Program-made: the position numbers and the translations under genes
In this document: positions 25,011 through 38,479 of the stretch, piece after piece
Layout: every line of letters begins with the position of its first letter
How positions within the stretch are numbered: the first letter of the stretch is position 1
Assembly: GCA_013239625.1 (NCBI GenBank)
Contig: MU056960.1
Span: 1,802,544 to 1,866,543, forward strand
DNA length: 64,000 nt
Origin: Lama guanicoe
Taxonomy: Eukaryota
Direction of reading: 5' to 3'
The notes under the pieces: model-generated
What the model was told of the DNA's origin: nothing
Seen by the model: only the letters and a program-made list of their open reading frames with translations
The model's database searches: none

Positions 25011-25152
25011 TTTTTAAAAAAAATTGAAGTACAGTTGATTGACAATGTTGTGTTAGTTTCAGGGGTACAGCAAAGTGATTCAGTTACATATATATAATTT
25101 TACAGATTCTCTCCCCTAGTAGGTTATTACAAGATATTGAATATAGTTCGGG
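25011..25152 (-). mobile_element. 5'-truncated L1 3' end with 13-bp TSD, nested in an older L1
   Basis: ATATATCAAGATT at 24998-25010 and 25153-25165 flanks a sequence like the L1 at 7260-7420. Confidence 0.85.
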
Positions 25153-25618
25153 ATATATCAAGATTGAAAAGTGCAGACACTTGGCTGCGTGTCTAGAAAT
25201 TTTTTTTTTTTTGCAAGGAGTTAATTGATCTTGGGCACAAAGATGAATGGAGAACATTCATTGCAGCATCACTTCTATGGAAAGCCAGAAACAAGAGGCA
25301 TCAGCTAAGATCAGAAAAATAAATGATGGTGCCCATGGAAACCTCTGCCCTGTGGAAAGGATACCGTAGCTCTTCAGTGGCTGACCTGGCACGGCCGCCC
25401 CCTCAACACACTATTGATTTAAGCAAGCACATTGCAGCACACCACTTTGACCAATGGTTTCAACCTGGTTACATCTTAGAAGCACTCGGGCACTTAAAAT
25501 ACCTAAGCCCGAACAGACTTACTCAATCAGAATGAGGAGGCAGGCACTGGCAATTTTTTTTAAAGCTGTCCAAAAGATTCTAACGTGCAGACAGGTTAAG
25601 AACTGCTCTATGACTGTT

Positions 25619-25665
25619 GTGTGTGTGTGTGTGTGAGTGAGAGAGAGAGAGAGTGAGAGAGAGAC
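25619..25665. repeat. Compound (TG)n(GA)n microsatellite
   Basis: Read directly from the sequence. Confidence 0.9.
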
Positions 25666-28600
25666 TGTGTGCTCGAGAGATGTCTGGCAAGATGGGAACA
25701 AACAGTTGGCAGTAGCTGCCTTTGGGCAAATGGGAATTTGAGCAATTTTTATGATTTTCATTTGCTGAATTTCTTCATGATTATTGTCCATCTTCTGTCA
25801 TCAGAAAGGAATAATAAAGCTATTTTTCCTTTGGAAAAGAAAGAGGGGATGAGTAACAACTTCCTTGGCTTTGGAACATAGAGTTGAAACAGATGGCGTG
25901 TGGGGCACTTCTGAGCCCTCCCATCACTCCCGGGCCAGCCCTGGAACTGCTGGTCCTGGTGTGGGTCCCAAATTCCTTTGATCTCTGGATCCTACATGGA
26001 TTTGAAGCTCTGGCTGCATTTTCACAAGGAACGGTGCATGTAACCGGATTCAGAAAAGCAAACTCCCTCTCCCTGGCCTGCTGTGCGCTTACAGTGTGAG
26101 CCTGAACAAGTTGCCTGACACTCCTGGACTCAGTTTCCTGCTCTGTAAAATGGGACCGGTAACCCGTGTCTTCTCAATGCACAGAGTTGTCCTGACACGT
26201 GCATGAGACGAGGGACACTTTAAGAAGAGAAGACTAATTCTGTGGCAGAAGGGTCAGCGTGTGGGCTCTGGCGCCAGCCTGCCTGGCTTCACACCCTGCC
26301 TCTGCCTCTTGGGCAAGTTGCTTAGCCTCTCCGTGCCTCAGTTTCCTGTCTGCAAAATGGACCTCACTGGGATTAAATGAGATCAGCCACTGAAATGCTC
26401 AGAATGGTAGCTGGTCCATGGCACCTAGTAAAGGTTATCCATCCTTCTTTTGAAGTCCCTAATACGTAGGTAGTTCCTGCATCCCCCCTTCATTGCAAGT
26501 AAACTAGCCCATCAGGTTCAACAGCTCCGGTTCTTTACCTCCTGGGGATCACAAATGGCTTTGAGAATCTAACAAAGCAATAGACTAACTCCCCAATGAA
26601 TGTACAAAAATTTACATCCATTTCAGGAGTTCCTGATACCTTTGAGGTCCAACGGGGAGTCCATGGGTCTTAGGTAAAGAGGCCCCTGCTCCCAGAAGAG
26701 CCAAAGAAGAGGTGGCCCCTTCCAGCTCCACAGGAGTTGGCCAGGAGCCGGCCTCTGCACATCACACGCCCTGAAGGGCTGTCTGGGCTCCCAGTGATGA
26801 ACTCCGTCTGACCTCCGTCCGACCTCCATCTTCTCCTGGCAACCCGGGGAGCCAGCCCCACCAGAGCTGCCGCTCACCCCTGCCAAATCTCTTGACAAAC
26901 ACAGGCTTGCTGGCCTGGGGCTTTCCAGTAAGAAGGAAGCTGCTCTGATAAAGGCCACGCCAGGATTTCCGACTCTGTCCACAGCTGGGATGGGTGGGTG
27001 GGGGCTCTGTCACTCCTCCTGTGGTTCTGGCTGGGAGCAGGGGTGCAGAGGACGCTGGGCACGTCCTGGTGGGGAGGAGGGCTGGGGGCGGCCGTGGAGG
27101 ACCTGATGGCTTGCTGTGTTTTCCTTGCCTGCACGGAATGGGTCAGCTGTGCTCCGGGCCCTGCCCTCAACCCAACAAGGCTGACTTCGTAATAAAAGCA
27201 GCCAGTGAGCACCGCCCAGGTGCCTGGATGCACGTCACAGGAAAGGGGACCATGACCATCTGGAAAGGGCCACCTCTTAGCTGTATGTCACTGGCAGGAC
27301 TGAACCTACTACAGCCTCCATTTACTCATCTGTAAGCCGGGATTGTTCCCGCCTCATCAGGTGGAGGTGCGGACTAAGGGGCAATGCAGGTTAAGGACTT
27401 AGAATGGTGCCTGGCGTGTAGCTAGAGCTCAATAAATGATGACTGGACTAGGCAGTTGTTACTGCCGCTGCCACTGCTACTACTTACTGTTTGTTATTGT
27501 TACTATTATTGTAGCTCCTGCTAAATCTTTAGGTAACAGAGAAAAGGCAATTTTAATGAATTAATCTCAAGTGCCGAGAGCCCAGCCGACTTGCTTTAAG
27601 CAACAATTGTAAGAGATGCTTCTCAAGGCATCCGTGGCAGGGGCTCTGGGCGCCTGTGTGGCTTCCTCTGGGAATCCGCTGCAGCGGTGGTGGACAGCCC
27701 TGGGTACCCGGACATCCTCCACCTGAAGTGCACGCCAAATCTCCGCTTCTCAGCCGTGGAAGCTAACGGAACTTGTTCAGCCTGTTTTCGGGAGCATGGG
27801 GGGATGTTCGTGACAGTGGGAGCCAGGAATTGGTGGAGAGATGCCACAGCCTCCTGTCCTTCGAGGATCAAGGCTGAGGCTCGTTCTACATGTAACCCTG
27901 GCAGGACTGAGCCCCAGCTGCCCGTGGTGGTACCTGGCACTTCCAAGCTCTTGTTTCTGTTTCTGCCCTCCCAGTCTCACTCCCTCTGCCCTCTCTCTGG
28001 CAGGGACCACCTCCCAGGCAGATCACCTGCACCGAGCCTCAGGCTCTGCTTTCAGGGGAACCCACCAAAGACACACACCCAACGTGCCAGGTGCAATGGG
28101 AGCCCATCAGGAAGTTACTGCTCACAGCAGCTCTACGAGGTACAAAGCCTTACATCCAGAAATGGCAGAGGCAGGATCTGAACCCAGACGTCTGGCTCAA
28201 ATTCATACACTCCTGGTGACAGAGGTATGGGACAGGACGTGAGCTTTGCCTGTCACCACCCCCTGCATCTGTCTCGCATACCAGCTGCAAACTCAAACAC
28301 TTCCAGGGAGCCAGGGAATTAACGTTGATATGTTATAGCAGCTGGGGCAGAGGGCCATAGGGAGTGGTGGGGAGTGTGGCAAAGAGAAAGCAGCCCCCGA
28401 CTGCCACAACCCGGTGAGGGTAAGGGACAGAGCCTTCTAGACAGCTGCAGACAATTTCTGTGAGGTGGGAATGGCAGCCTGGTGTTGCCAGACCCAACTT
28501 TTCAAAAAAGGCCAGAGACCTGGATTTTTATATTAAATTAGTTGGCAATTGATAGGGAAAATGCTAATGAGAATGCACCTCTGGGCCAGTTTCAGCACAG

Positions 28601-28729
28601 CGGCCACTGTTTGGGCTCTGATCTGCCTGGACTGTCCCCAAGACTAGCCACTCCCATTGGAGAGAAAGAGAGTGTCCTTTTGGGAGGAAGGGCCCCAGAG
28701 CCTAAGCCAGCGGGTGGCGCCCACTCTAC

Positions 28730-29735
28730 CTGCGTTGTGTTCGTCCATCGAGAAGGCCTTGTTCTCCATGTAGGTCCGCGGCAGCTGCACGTCCTCCTCA
28801 AACGCCGTCTCCCGCATCCTCGGCTGCGACGTGTCGAAGTAGTTGGGCGTGTTTTCCTGCGGGGCCGGCAGAATGGTGCAGTGGATCTCGGGGATGGCGT
28901 GGAAGATGACGAAGACCCAGCCGCTGGCCACCAGCGTGATGGCCAAGGTGGGGTCGCCCCAGGCGTCTCCCTGCCGCAGCTCGGCGTTGCCGAAGAGGTA
29001 CATGGTCATCCAGGCCACCCAGATGAGCACGGAGAGGAAGGCGGTGACCAGGATGCAGGCCCCGTTCTGCTTCCACTTCTTAAACTTGCCACACAGCGTG
29101 AAGAGGGCCAGCCCCAGGGTGGCCACGAGCAGTACCATGTCGTAGATGAGGGCCATGACGAAGTCCATGGGCTCGTAGGCGCAGGCAGGCTTCGAGTCGC
29201 GCAGCACGGTCAGCACCAGCCACTCGATGGCGATGATGACCTGCACCAGCATCAGGCACAGGGCCACGCCCACCAGCTGCCAGCCCGACGGGCTCTTGCC
29301 GTGGCGCACCAGCCTCCGCACACGCCACGCCTGGCTCAGCAGGCAGGAGAAGCAGAGCGCGAACAGGACGCCCCAGAGGAACCGGCGGACCGAGCAGATA
29401 GTCTCGTCCTCCCGGATGATGAAGGCGAATGTCAGCCCGAAGAGGCCCAGGGTCCCCAGGAGGAAGAGGAAGTGGAGGCCCACGGGGTCCTTCTTCTCCT
29501 TGTCCTTGATGAATGGCAGCCGCACCAGGAGGATGAGCATCAGGAGCAGCGTTATCAGGGCGCCTGCCCCGGCCACCGCCTCCACCACGATGCCCCAGAT
29601 GGTGTCCAGGTCGCACAGGGACACGTACTGAGGAAGGAGGTCTAGCCCGCAGCCCCGGGATGTGCTGGCGTTCTCAGAGGCCCCGGAGGCGATCACGAAG
29701 AGCAGGAGGAAGGCGAGCACTTGGTGGGTTCTCAT
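28730..29735 (-). CDS. GPRC5B: GPRC5B main coding exon (exon 2): signal peptide, 7TM class C (RAIG family) orphan GPCR core and start of the C-tail
   Basis: ORF 28644..29792(-) encodes MRTHQVLAFLLLFVIASGASENASTSRGCGLDLLPQYVSLCDLD...WGIVVEAVAGAG...ENKAFSMDEHNA, which I recognise as GPRC5B. Donor GCAG|GTAGAG has GT at 28729-28728 (phase 1). Start placed at ATG 29735-29733 (AAG ATG A) because the first AG after the pyrimidine tract is at 29745-29744. An alternative in-frame ATG lies at 29753. Confidence 0.97.
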
Positions 29736-30834
29736 CTTTCTCTCTGACACCATGAACGTTCCAGACAAGTTGAGGAGGAAAGACCAATGCATTGTAAGAC
29801 GCTCACTCTCCTGACTTTAAGAAGACCCACCTCACTTCAAACCTGCTTGCCTCTGTTGTGCCTTTGGACACAGAGGACAAGGTGCCCCTTTCTCCAGGCA
29901 GCACAGCCCGTCTCGGGGTGGGGGGTGGGGAGTGGGGTTTCGGGTCCCATCTGCACAGTGAACAACCACGAATCACCACCGCTAGTGGCTGGAGGAGCGG
30001 GTGGGAGGGACACTCACTTTCTCTGAATATCTTTTCATATTTTTTGAATTTGAGGCCATGTCAGACCTCTTCAAAAATAAGGGAATAAAATGAAACTTTA
30101 AAGCGACAGTTAGGGGCCAAGCGCTGAGCTGGGCATGCGTTAACCCGTTTCAGTCCCTCAGCGGTAACAGCTGACATGCACCGATGACTCACTCTGGGCC
30201 CCGCACTTGACATTTCCAGTCCTCACACCGGTGACAAAACAGTCTTGAGGAGGTTGGGACACTTGCCCAAGGTCACAGCACTCAGCTCCTAGGAGCTCTC
30301 GGAAGTCTCCCAGCATTTTAAATGTAGTATGAACCGTCTCCCTGGGACCCACCCTTTCCCCATCCCCTCACACATCCCACCCTCCTCCTCCAAAGATCTC
30401 CCAAGAATCCCTTGTCTCACGCCACTCCAGCCCGTCTCTCCGGGGGGCGCTTGCAGGATGCTCCTCGCCTCTCCCCGCCCCCGTGCAAGGCGGGGTCCAC
30501 ACAGCTGCCAGGAGACCGGCTTATTAACCCGAGTGAGTTTCCTCTTGCCCCTCCTGCTCCTTCTGCTAACCAGAGCCCCCCCTCCCCTCAACCCCTGCTT
30601 TTATGGAAAACCACTCCTCCCCACCCCCAGTGGTCTCAGATCTAATGTCATCCACTCAGACCTTGGCCAAGGTCACACCCGCGTCCTCTCTACCAGGCCT
30701 CTCGTCTGTTTCCTCCCGCTAATCCTATCTCATCTTTTTGCCTGTTTACTTTGTTTCTCTGTCCCTTCCTGTCTCTCTCCATCACTAACTGCAGGAGGAC
30801 AGGGACACTGTCCACCTTGTTCATCAGCATAAAC

Positions 30835-31025
30835 CAGGGCTTCTCAGCCTCAGAATTACTGACGTTTTGGGCCTGTCCTGTGCATTACAGGATGTTCACC
30901 AGCATCCCTGGCCTCGACCCACCAGGGGACCAAAACACACCCCCTTCCCCAACTGTGACAGCCCCAAATGTTTAGACACTGCTGATGTCCCCTGGGGGAA
31001 AATCACGGGGATGAGCACCCCCTGG
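30835..31025 (-). mobile_element. MER20-like hAT DNA transposon
   Basis: cagggcttctcagcctcag...tgtcctgtgcattacaggatgttcaccagcatccctggcctcgaccc...; reverse complement of the copy at 32039. Confidence 0.75.
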
Positions 31026-32038
31026 TCCAGCACTACCACAAAGCAGACGCTTCCTGAAAAGTGAACAAGACTTCTCCCCAGGACTCGCTCCTCTACCCAC
31101 GGCCACCAGCTCCTTGCTGTTGAAGGGAGCCTGGCCTTCAGGGAGCCTCAGCCTGCGAGGCTCCTCTGCTCCCGTTGTTTCCAAGCATCTCAAGCCAGAA
31201 GCACTGCCTTAGCTCCACCCACAGTGAGGCTGTAACCAGCCACCTCGCAGGCAGCTCAGCACATCCCTGGGGCTTTCTTAAGTAAATGCGGTATCGACCA
31301 CCTCTCTCTCTGCTCCTTTGTGGGATACTGTGAGCAGCTCCGACTCTGCCTTGGCCGAGAGGCCATCGACTGGGATAAATTATTGATGCCGCCGAATGAG
31401 AAGGAGCCTGGTGTTATTGGGACCATCTCCTTTGCCTGTGGATGAGAGAAGGCAGGCTGGGAACAGAAGGCATCTGGCAAGAGATGCCCCTTAAACAAAC
31501 AACTCAGATGCTGGCAATGGGGGCCACGGCCCAGCCACTATTCCCTGGCACGTCAGTCACGGGAGTGCCACCTCAGCTATTTATGCCTTGTCTACACACC
31601 TCCTGGAAGTCATCTGAGTCCTTGAAATCGACTTACTTAAAAGAAAACTCACTGAAATACTTGTTGATGGAATTCACGTCGGATACCCACTGCTTATCCC
31701 AGCCTCCCACCTTTGGAAGAACACTGTCCTCGCCAGAGCTGCTTTTCACAAGAGCACACTGGGAATCAAAACCCAAGAACCAGATACGTTGGAACAAAAC
31801 GCCACCAGCACCCCTCAACACACTGCAGTGGATTCCCCCACACATCTCATCCAAGGCAAACACTATTAAGAGACTTCTCAGCCAGTGAAAACAGAACACA
31901 CCCCCACGCAGCCTCTCTGGGTCGCGCAGCAGCCAGTCGCACCCCCAGGGCGGCTGGGGGGACGATGGGTAGGAACGTGCGGCTGGAGTCTTGACCGCCG
32001 ACCAACTCTCCCCAACTCTCCTCACAGACCCCCTAGGC

Positions 32039-32247
32039 CAGTGGTTCTCAACCCGTGGCAATTTTGACCCCGGGGGACATTTGGCCATGTCTAGGGACAT
32101 TTCTGGTTGTCACAGCTGGTGAGGGGGATGTAAATGGCAACCAATAGGTAGAGTCGAGGGAAGCTGCTAAACACCCTACAAGATGGCCCTCAACACAAAG
32201 AATTACGCAGCCCCCCATGTCAACAGTGCTGAGGCTGAGAGAGCCTG
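32039..32247 (+). mobile_element. MER20-like hAT DNA transposon
   Basis: cagtggttctcaacc...ggcaattttgacccc ggggacatttggccatgtctagggacatttctggttgtcaca...gaggctgagagagcctg. Confidence 0.8.
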
Positions 32248-35200
32248 CTTTATACACTTGAGGGCAGAGTTGATGAGAAAGAAGCCAGGAAACCAGCCTG
32301 GTCTCGCAGCCTCAGGCCTGCACCCCGGGTCCTTTCCTTGCAAGAACCTGGCCCTCCTTAGCTGCCTCCACTCACTCTCTTGTGGAGAATCTCCTCTCTC
32401 CAGGTCTGGCTACAAATGGGGACTTGGTTCCACCAGCTCCTCCCCCTCCCCAATTGGCCTTCCAACCACGACAGGAAACCAATGTGGATGATGAAGATAC
32501 CAAGATGGCGACCAAGCTTCTAGAATCGTGCACTGCTCTTCTGGCTGTGGTCCCGGCCTCTACACCCTACTCCTTTCTGATACGGGAAATGGATACACTC
32601 TTGCTTTCTGCTTGCTTTCTTGAGGGTGGAACCCTGTCCTTCCAGGACAGCTGTTGTTTTTGTTGTCCTGCACTTGTTTCTCCCATTTCTGAAAAGAGCT
32701 CCTGATTCTCCTTTGGAGACCACCCCCCTCAGGGCCTAACTGAGAGCACCTGACCAAGGCCTGGCCAATCGGAGCAGTCATCCCACCCTTTGGCTGCACT
32801 GATTGGTTCATGGACCAGCACATGGTGTTATTGGGACCGTCTCAACCAGACCCAGGAGAATCAGTCTTAGGATATCTGCTAGAATGAACCGGAACGAATT
32901 CTTCTCTTGCTATCGGGGTTGATAAGCTAAAAGGATACCTGGAGTTGGAGACGATGTATTTACCAACACAGGGAAAGAATCGGTCTGAGAGCAGAGCTGA
33001 CCCAGAGTAAACAGCCAAGTGGTGGACCAGAGTCCTAATGCACTGAATGACTGGATTCAGTTATGCCTGAAGCCAGATACCCTGGCCTTTGCAGTTCCAG
33101 CAGCCAATTAACTTCCCTTTTCTGGATTAAGCCAGTTTGAGCTGGGTTTATGTTACTTGCCAACAAAGAAGTTCTATTATACCTCTGGCATGATGTGACT
33201 CCCTTCTTCCAGGAAGTCCTCCCTACCCAGTATCTAGACAGCCAGGGACTTTGGTAGGGTCCAGTTGTCCCAAGGGGGTCATTATCATCCCTAAGGATGC
33301 CCACGAGGTAGCACAATATCCAGGATGATGGAGAGGAGGGCTACACGCTGCCTCACGAATGAAGCTGAGTCCAGCTCTTCTGGGATTTCTGGGGGGCTCA
33401 GAATTGCCTGCAGAGTTTTCTATTACTGCCATAGTGACACGACAATGACTGTCAACTCTTAACAGTGCTTACTACGCTCCGGGCCCTCCTCCATGCACTT
33501 CACGTATATTCACGCCTTGTAATCTGGGCAATGACACTATGAGGCAAGTGCCGTTACTATCTCCATTTTATAGGAGATAAAACAGAGAGGTCAGTTGGCT
33601 TGTCCAAGGTCACACAGCTAGAAAGTATGAAGCCAGCAGACAAACAATTGTACTATTGTTCCTGGGCTCTCACTACAGACCAGGGCTCTGGAAACGTCAT
33701 CTGGTGAGCCCTTTGCTATTTAGACTAGATTCACCAGTCTATTTAAATTAGATTCTCTCTGCCCCTTTATGCTCTATGTTAATATTTTTAATCTCTGTCT
33801 TCCTAGTACCTGCCACAGTTTTCAGTGACTTTATTTTATTACTCTCTTGGTCTGCCCATTGCCCCAGCCCAGGTTCTCTGTCTTGTTGGGCGCCCACCCA
33901 TTCCCTGGTGCCTGGCACATGGGCAGGGCTCCTGGCCCTATTGCTGAATGAATGAATTGGTAAATATGGTCACATCACCCGGCAGGGAGATGCTCTCATT
34001 GGCAGTTTTTAGAGGAGGGGACTGAGGGTCTGAGAGGCTTAAGTCAAAGTTTGATCCTCGGACCGGCAACAGCAGCAGCATCGCCCGGGACCGTGTTGGA
34101 AACACAGACTCTCAGGCATGGGCTTCGCCACCTGTGTTCCTACAAGCCCCACAGCAAAGCTCCAGGTGTTTGCAGATGCAAGGCGCACAGGGGTTTGAGA
34201 AGCTCGGGCGACTGCAGCAGGGGAGCCAGGGCACCACCTCTGCCCTCCGTCACCCCTGCCCGAGACCCAGCAGGCGGCGCCCACTCCACAACATCCACCA
34301 TCAGATAAGCCCCCATCCCGCTGCATCAGCCACCTGGGGCCTCCCCCTGCCAAGAATGGAGCAGCTCTCCGGGAACCGCAAACTGCACAATACCAGATTA
34401 GAGGTTTGGAGTCGGCCCCAAGGCAAGGCTGATTGGGACGAGATGAATATATGGCAACAAACCCGTGGGATGTAGGCATGCAGCTCCTCACAAGGAGTAA
34501 TGAATAAATGTGACGAGTGCGCAAGACTCGGCTCACATACTAATTACTTTGCTGCCGGCCAGGCTCCTAGGAATGTGACTCATTCAGATGCTCTTAAACA
34601 CACTGCATCACACAGGCACACACACACTCTCTCCCCACAGAGGGGCCAGAAGCAGCCGGCAGGTGGTGGAGCAGCATGCTCCATTTCTCCACAAGCCGGG
34701 GCCTGCAGAGGCTGGAAGGAATGCAGGCAAGATTCCTTGTGCAAGAAGGATAGCTCTGCTGGCCTAAAGACCACGCGCAGGGCTGACCCTCCCAGCCCTG
34801 ATCCATGCCAAGCAGCATAAACATCCCATCTCAAGTTCTACCCCTGGCCCTTGCTAGCACCCTGTGACCCCGGGCAGCTGAATTTACCTTTCTTGCCTCA
34901 GTTTCTTCATCTGCAAAATGAGGGTGATAATATCTAGCATGTGGGGTTCTTTTGAGGATTAAAATAATTAATAATTAGGGGTTAGGACAATAATTAACAT
35001 GGGCTAAGCACTTATATAAAGTTTCTGTTAAATAAATAAAAGATTGGCAAGTGCTCTGAACACTCCTGACTCTGATTTTCCAGGGGGGTGGTTGCCATGG
35101 AGATGAGGCTGGAATGGGGGGCTCACCCAGGTGTTTGTCCACCATTGTTTCCAGCCTCCTCCATCACACACCAAGCAAAGAGATCGTGAGGTGGTGTAAA

Positions 35201-36719
35201 GGGGAGTGGCTTTTGGGGGTGGTCTGCCCTGGAAACCCCAGAGCACTTCTGATGCCACAGTAGGTGCTCCGAATGGGAGCCTCTCTGTGAAGGTCATTTT
35301 CCAAGGGGAACCAGAGCTGGAGGACCCGAGGCCAGCCTCCATGCCCTGAAACCGGGTGTCCCTACTGAGGGGTCAGAGCCGGGACATCCAGAAACCAGAC
35401 ACCAGCCATTCTCTGGGGAACCAGCATCCCCACCTTCCCACCCACCCATACGAAAGGAGACACAAGATGAACAAAACCGCCTTGGAACACACCCTTCTGA
35501 CCTGCTTCTCCCTGGCTGCCACCAGAAGAGGCATCTTAAACCCACCTTCTCTAAAGAAGAGGACGGGCACTGGAACGAGGAAGGCAAGGAAAAACTAAGC
35601 AAGTCTGGAGGGTCTTTCCTAGCCCTGGGCGTGTTTAATAGCTCAGTACCCCATGAACACCTGGCACAGAGTTTACACTCCTTTCAGTCTCCTCAAGAGT
35701 GTAAGATTTCAGTTTGAGGAAAGCCAGACAGAACTGCGTGACTTTGGGCATTGCTTAACCTCTCTGACCTTCAGTCTCTTCTTCTGTAAAGTAAGGAGAA
35801 TAACAGGGCCAGCTTCACAAGGAACACTGGGTCCCTGCTTATTAAAAAGACAACCGTGATTCCCATCGTCCTGTTGGGAAAATGAAGAGGTGATGCACCT
35901 TGGTCAGAGGCTTCCTAGAATCCGTGGGCCAAGCTGGGACTGGATTCCACTTCTCCCAACTCCTGACCTCAAGGCCACTGCACCCCTGGTTCGATTGCCA
36001 CATGTCTGGCAGAGGGTCAGGAGGAGGCTGCGGAGCCAATCTCCCCACGCACCCCATCATTACGCTCTGTCCCTGCCCACTCCTGTTATGGCCGCTGGTG
36101 CATTTCCTGCTCCGGAGGGATTAAACTGTTACAAGGTTTCCTGACAGTGAACTCTTTCCCAGACCTACAATCTCACCCTCTGATATCTTTTCCAAGTTAC
36201 ACCATCTCATACTCTTCAGTTCCCAACGCCGCCCAGACCACCAGCCTATTTGGGGGCCCTCGAATTTAATAACCCTCATAGGTTAGTAAACAGAGTTGCC
36301 AGAACACGGGCTCCGTGAGCCATGAATATGCATAGCAGCTCCAATCCTGTAAATAAAAGCAATCATTTAAATGCAAATTGCATCCTTGGCTGCTCGTTCC
36401 GGGGTGGATGGTTCCTCTTGGGGCTGTAATTCCGAGAAGAAAATGTGACTAACTAAGAAACCCCAGGAAGCTCTGCGTAGAAGTGCTTATGGGGGTGTGA
36501 GCTCTGGGTGGGGGCCCGCTTAGGGTGGACAAAAACTGCTTAAAAGTGGGAATTGGATTTTAAAACCTAACAGAGTAGGCTCACAGGACTGACCAGGCTC
36601 AAAGTGGTCCCCATAGGCTGGCTGGAGCCCTTTGGAGGCTCCCGGTGCCTCGCCATTCCCGGGCGGGGGGCAGAATGAAAGGGGAGCTGTTTTTGGTCTC
36701 CTTGTTGAGGTCAGGGGAG

Positions 36720-37260
36720 ATTTTAAAAATCAGATCTTGTGCATTCCCGCTCCAAACCCTCCAAGGGTTCTCTGGCTCAAGGAGAATAAAACCTAAACTC
36801 CTTTCTATGGCTCAAAAGATCATGGTCTGGCTGGTCCCTGCCATCCCCTCTCCCACCCCCACCCTCCACATCTGCCTACGAGCTCCAGCCACAATGGCCT
36901 TTGTTCAGTTTCTCTAAGCTCATTCCCACCTCCAAGCCTCTGCACTTGCAGTGCCCTCTGCCTGGTTCGGTCTTCCCCCAAGATTTGCCAGTGGCGGGCC
37001 CCCCATCTTGCAGAGCTCCGCTAAAACGTCACTCCCCAGAGCAGTCTTCCCTTAAGTACACATACCCTTGTCACTTTATTTTACATCACTCTGTTTTATC
37101 TTCCTGGCAGCCGTCATCCCAATAGGAAGTTCTATCTACTTACTACTTATTTACTTATTTAGTGTTCCCCCACCTCCCCAGTGCCCTGAGATCAGGGGCT
37201 TGTCCATTTCATACACTGCACTGCCCCAGACCCAATTCCGTAGCTGGCACATTTATTGAA
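36720..37260 (+). mobile_element. L2 3' fragment
   Basis: ctccaaaccctccaagggttctctggctcaaggagaataaaacctaaactcc...; ends gctggcacatttattgaa. Confidence 0.6.
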
Positions 37261-38479
37261 ATAACACATTAGCCAATAAAGATTTTGAGCTTCTCTTTCT
37301 AACAAGAACGCTTGTCTTGCTGCCTGTGTCCCAAATGGCGACTCCTCCCCCCTTCCATCTTTTCCCTTCCCGGCTCAGCTGACCCTTTTTCAGACTTAGA
37401 GCAGGGAACAGAGAGGAAACCGTTTACTCCACAGTCTAGATACAAAACTGGCCGAGTGGAGGGCTCCCAGTCAACAGATGCCGATTTGCATTCTATTTAC
37501 ATGCGATTTGCATGCAGTTTAACTCAAAGTCTGAGTCCTCCAGAAAGCCCCCACCCCTCGGGAAACTTCTGAATCAAGGTTCCTCGGCTGAAGTTTGGAG
37601 GCTTTTGTGCCAAGGGACTTCTCTTGTCCCTGAGATAATCCTCAGTTCTTTCTGGGCTCTGCTCAGGTGCCCACCCCCCATCCTGGCGCAGTTGGCCAGC
37701 CAATGTGGCGCGTGGCCCGGGGCCCCAGGCGGGGACGCCGCTGCCCGCCACACTCCAGGGGCCTTTGTCCCTGCTCCAAGGAGCCTCCCCTTAGGGAACT
37801 GGGGACAAGTTAGGGGTGGGGGGCGGGCGTTGGCTAGGACTGGGAGTGACATAGCAAGGGCCGGGGAATGAACTCGCAGACTGCTCTGAGGCTGTACTCA
37901 GGGCAAGGTCGGTACCCCCCTCCTTGGCTGGTTAACCAACTCCTCCCAGCCAAGGCGGGTGTGGGCGGTAAGGATCCCGGGATGTGTGGGGCTGGGAGTC
38001 CGTGTCCCCCAAAGGGGGTGGGGACGCAGCACAGGGCTAGTCCTCACCCGCAGCCTGGCCGGAACATAAATGCTACCCCCGCCATTATATGCAGCTGCCC
38101 CTCATTTGTTCCCCGGACCCCGGTCTCAGCTCTGCCTCTTTTCACCCGCAGTGTCCCCTCCATGTCCCGTAGAGCGCAGCCATAGCCGGCTGTGAGCTTG
38201 GCCCCCGGCCCCTGCGGCAGGTGCGGCAGCTCACCCCCAAAGTCGGGGCCTTGTGCCCCCGACTCCTTCTGCCCTGTCGGTGGTCAGGCCCCACGGACTT
38301 GCCACGCAGCCCGCAGACCTGCCCGCGGCTGCCCTCACACGAGTCACTCGGGCACGGCTGGACTCCCTTACACTCCCAGCTGCCCTTTACCTCTGGTCGC
38401 TCCCAGACCCTCCTCAGAGACTTGGATCTCCACCAGGTCCGGATACACCCCCTTCCCCTATAAAGGTCCCCAACACTCT

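Noticed and set aside
27550-28250. Moderately CpG-rich intron-2 block with ORFs of 107-164 aa
   Set aside because: No convincing splice-site pair or protein similarity; it may be regulatory but the sequence alone does not support a call.
28644-28729. ORF read-through tail GRVGATRWLRLW...NGSG after exon 2
   Set aside because: Intronic sequence beyond the G|GTAGAG donor; the real protein continues in exon 3.
28542-29645. 367-aa plus-strand ORF, plus other overlapping ORFs in 28592-29631
   Set aside because: Antisense shadow of the GC3-rich GPRC5B coding exon; no recognisable protein features.
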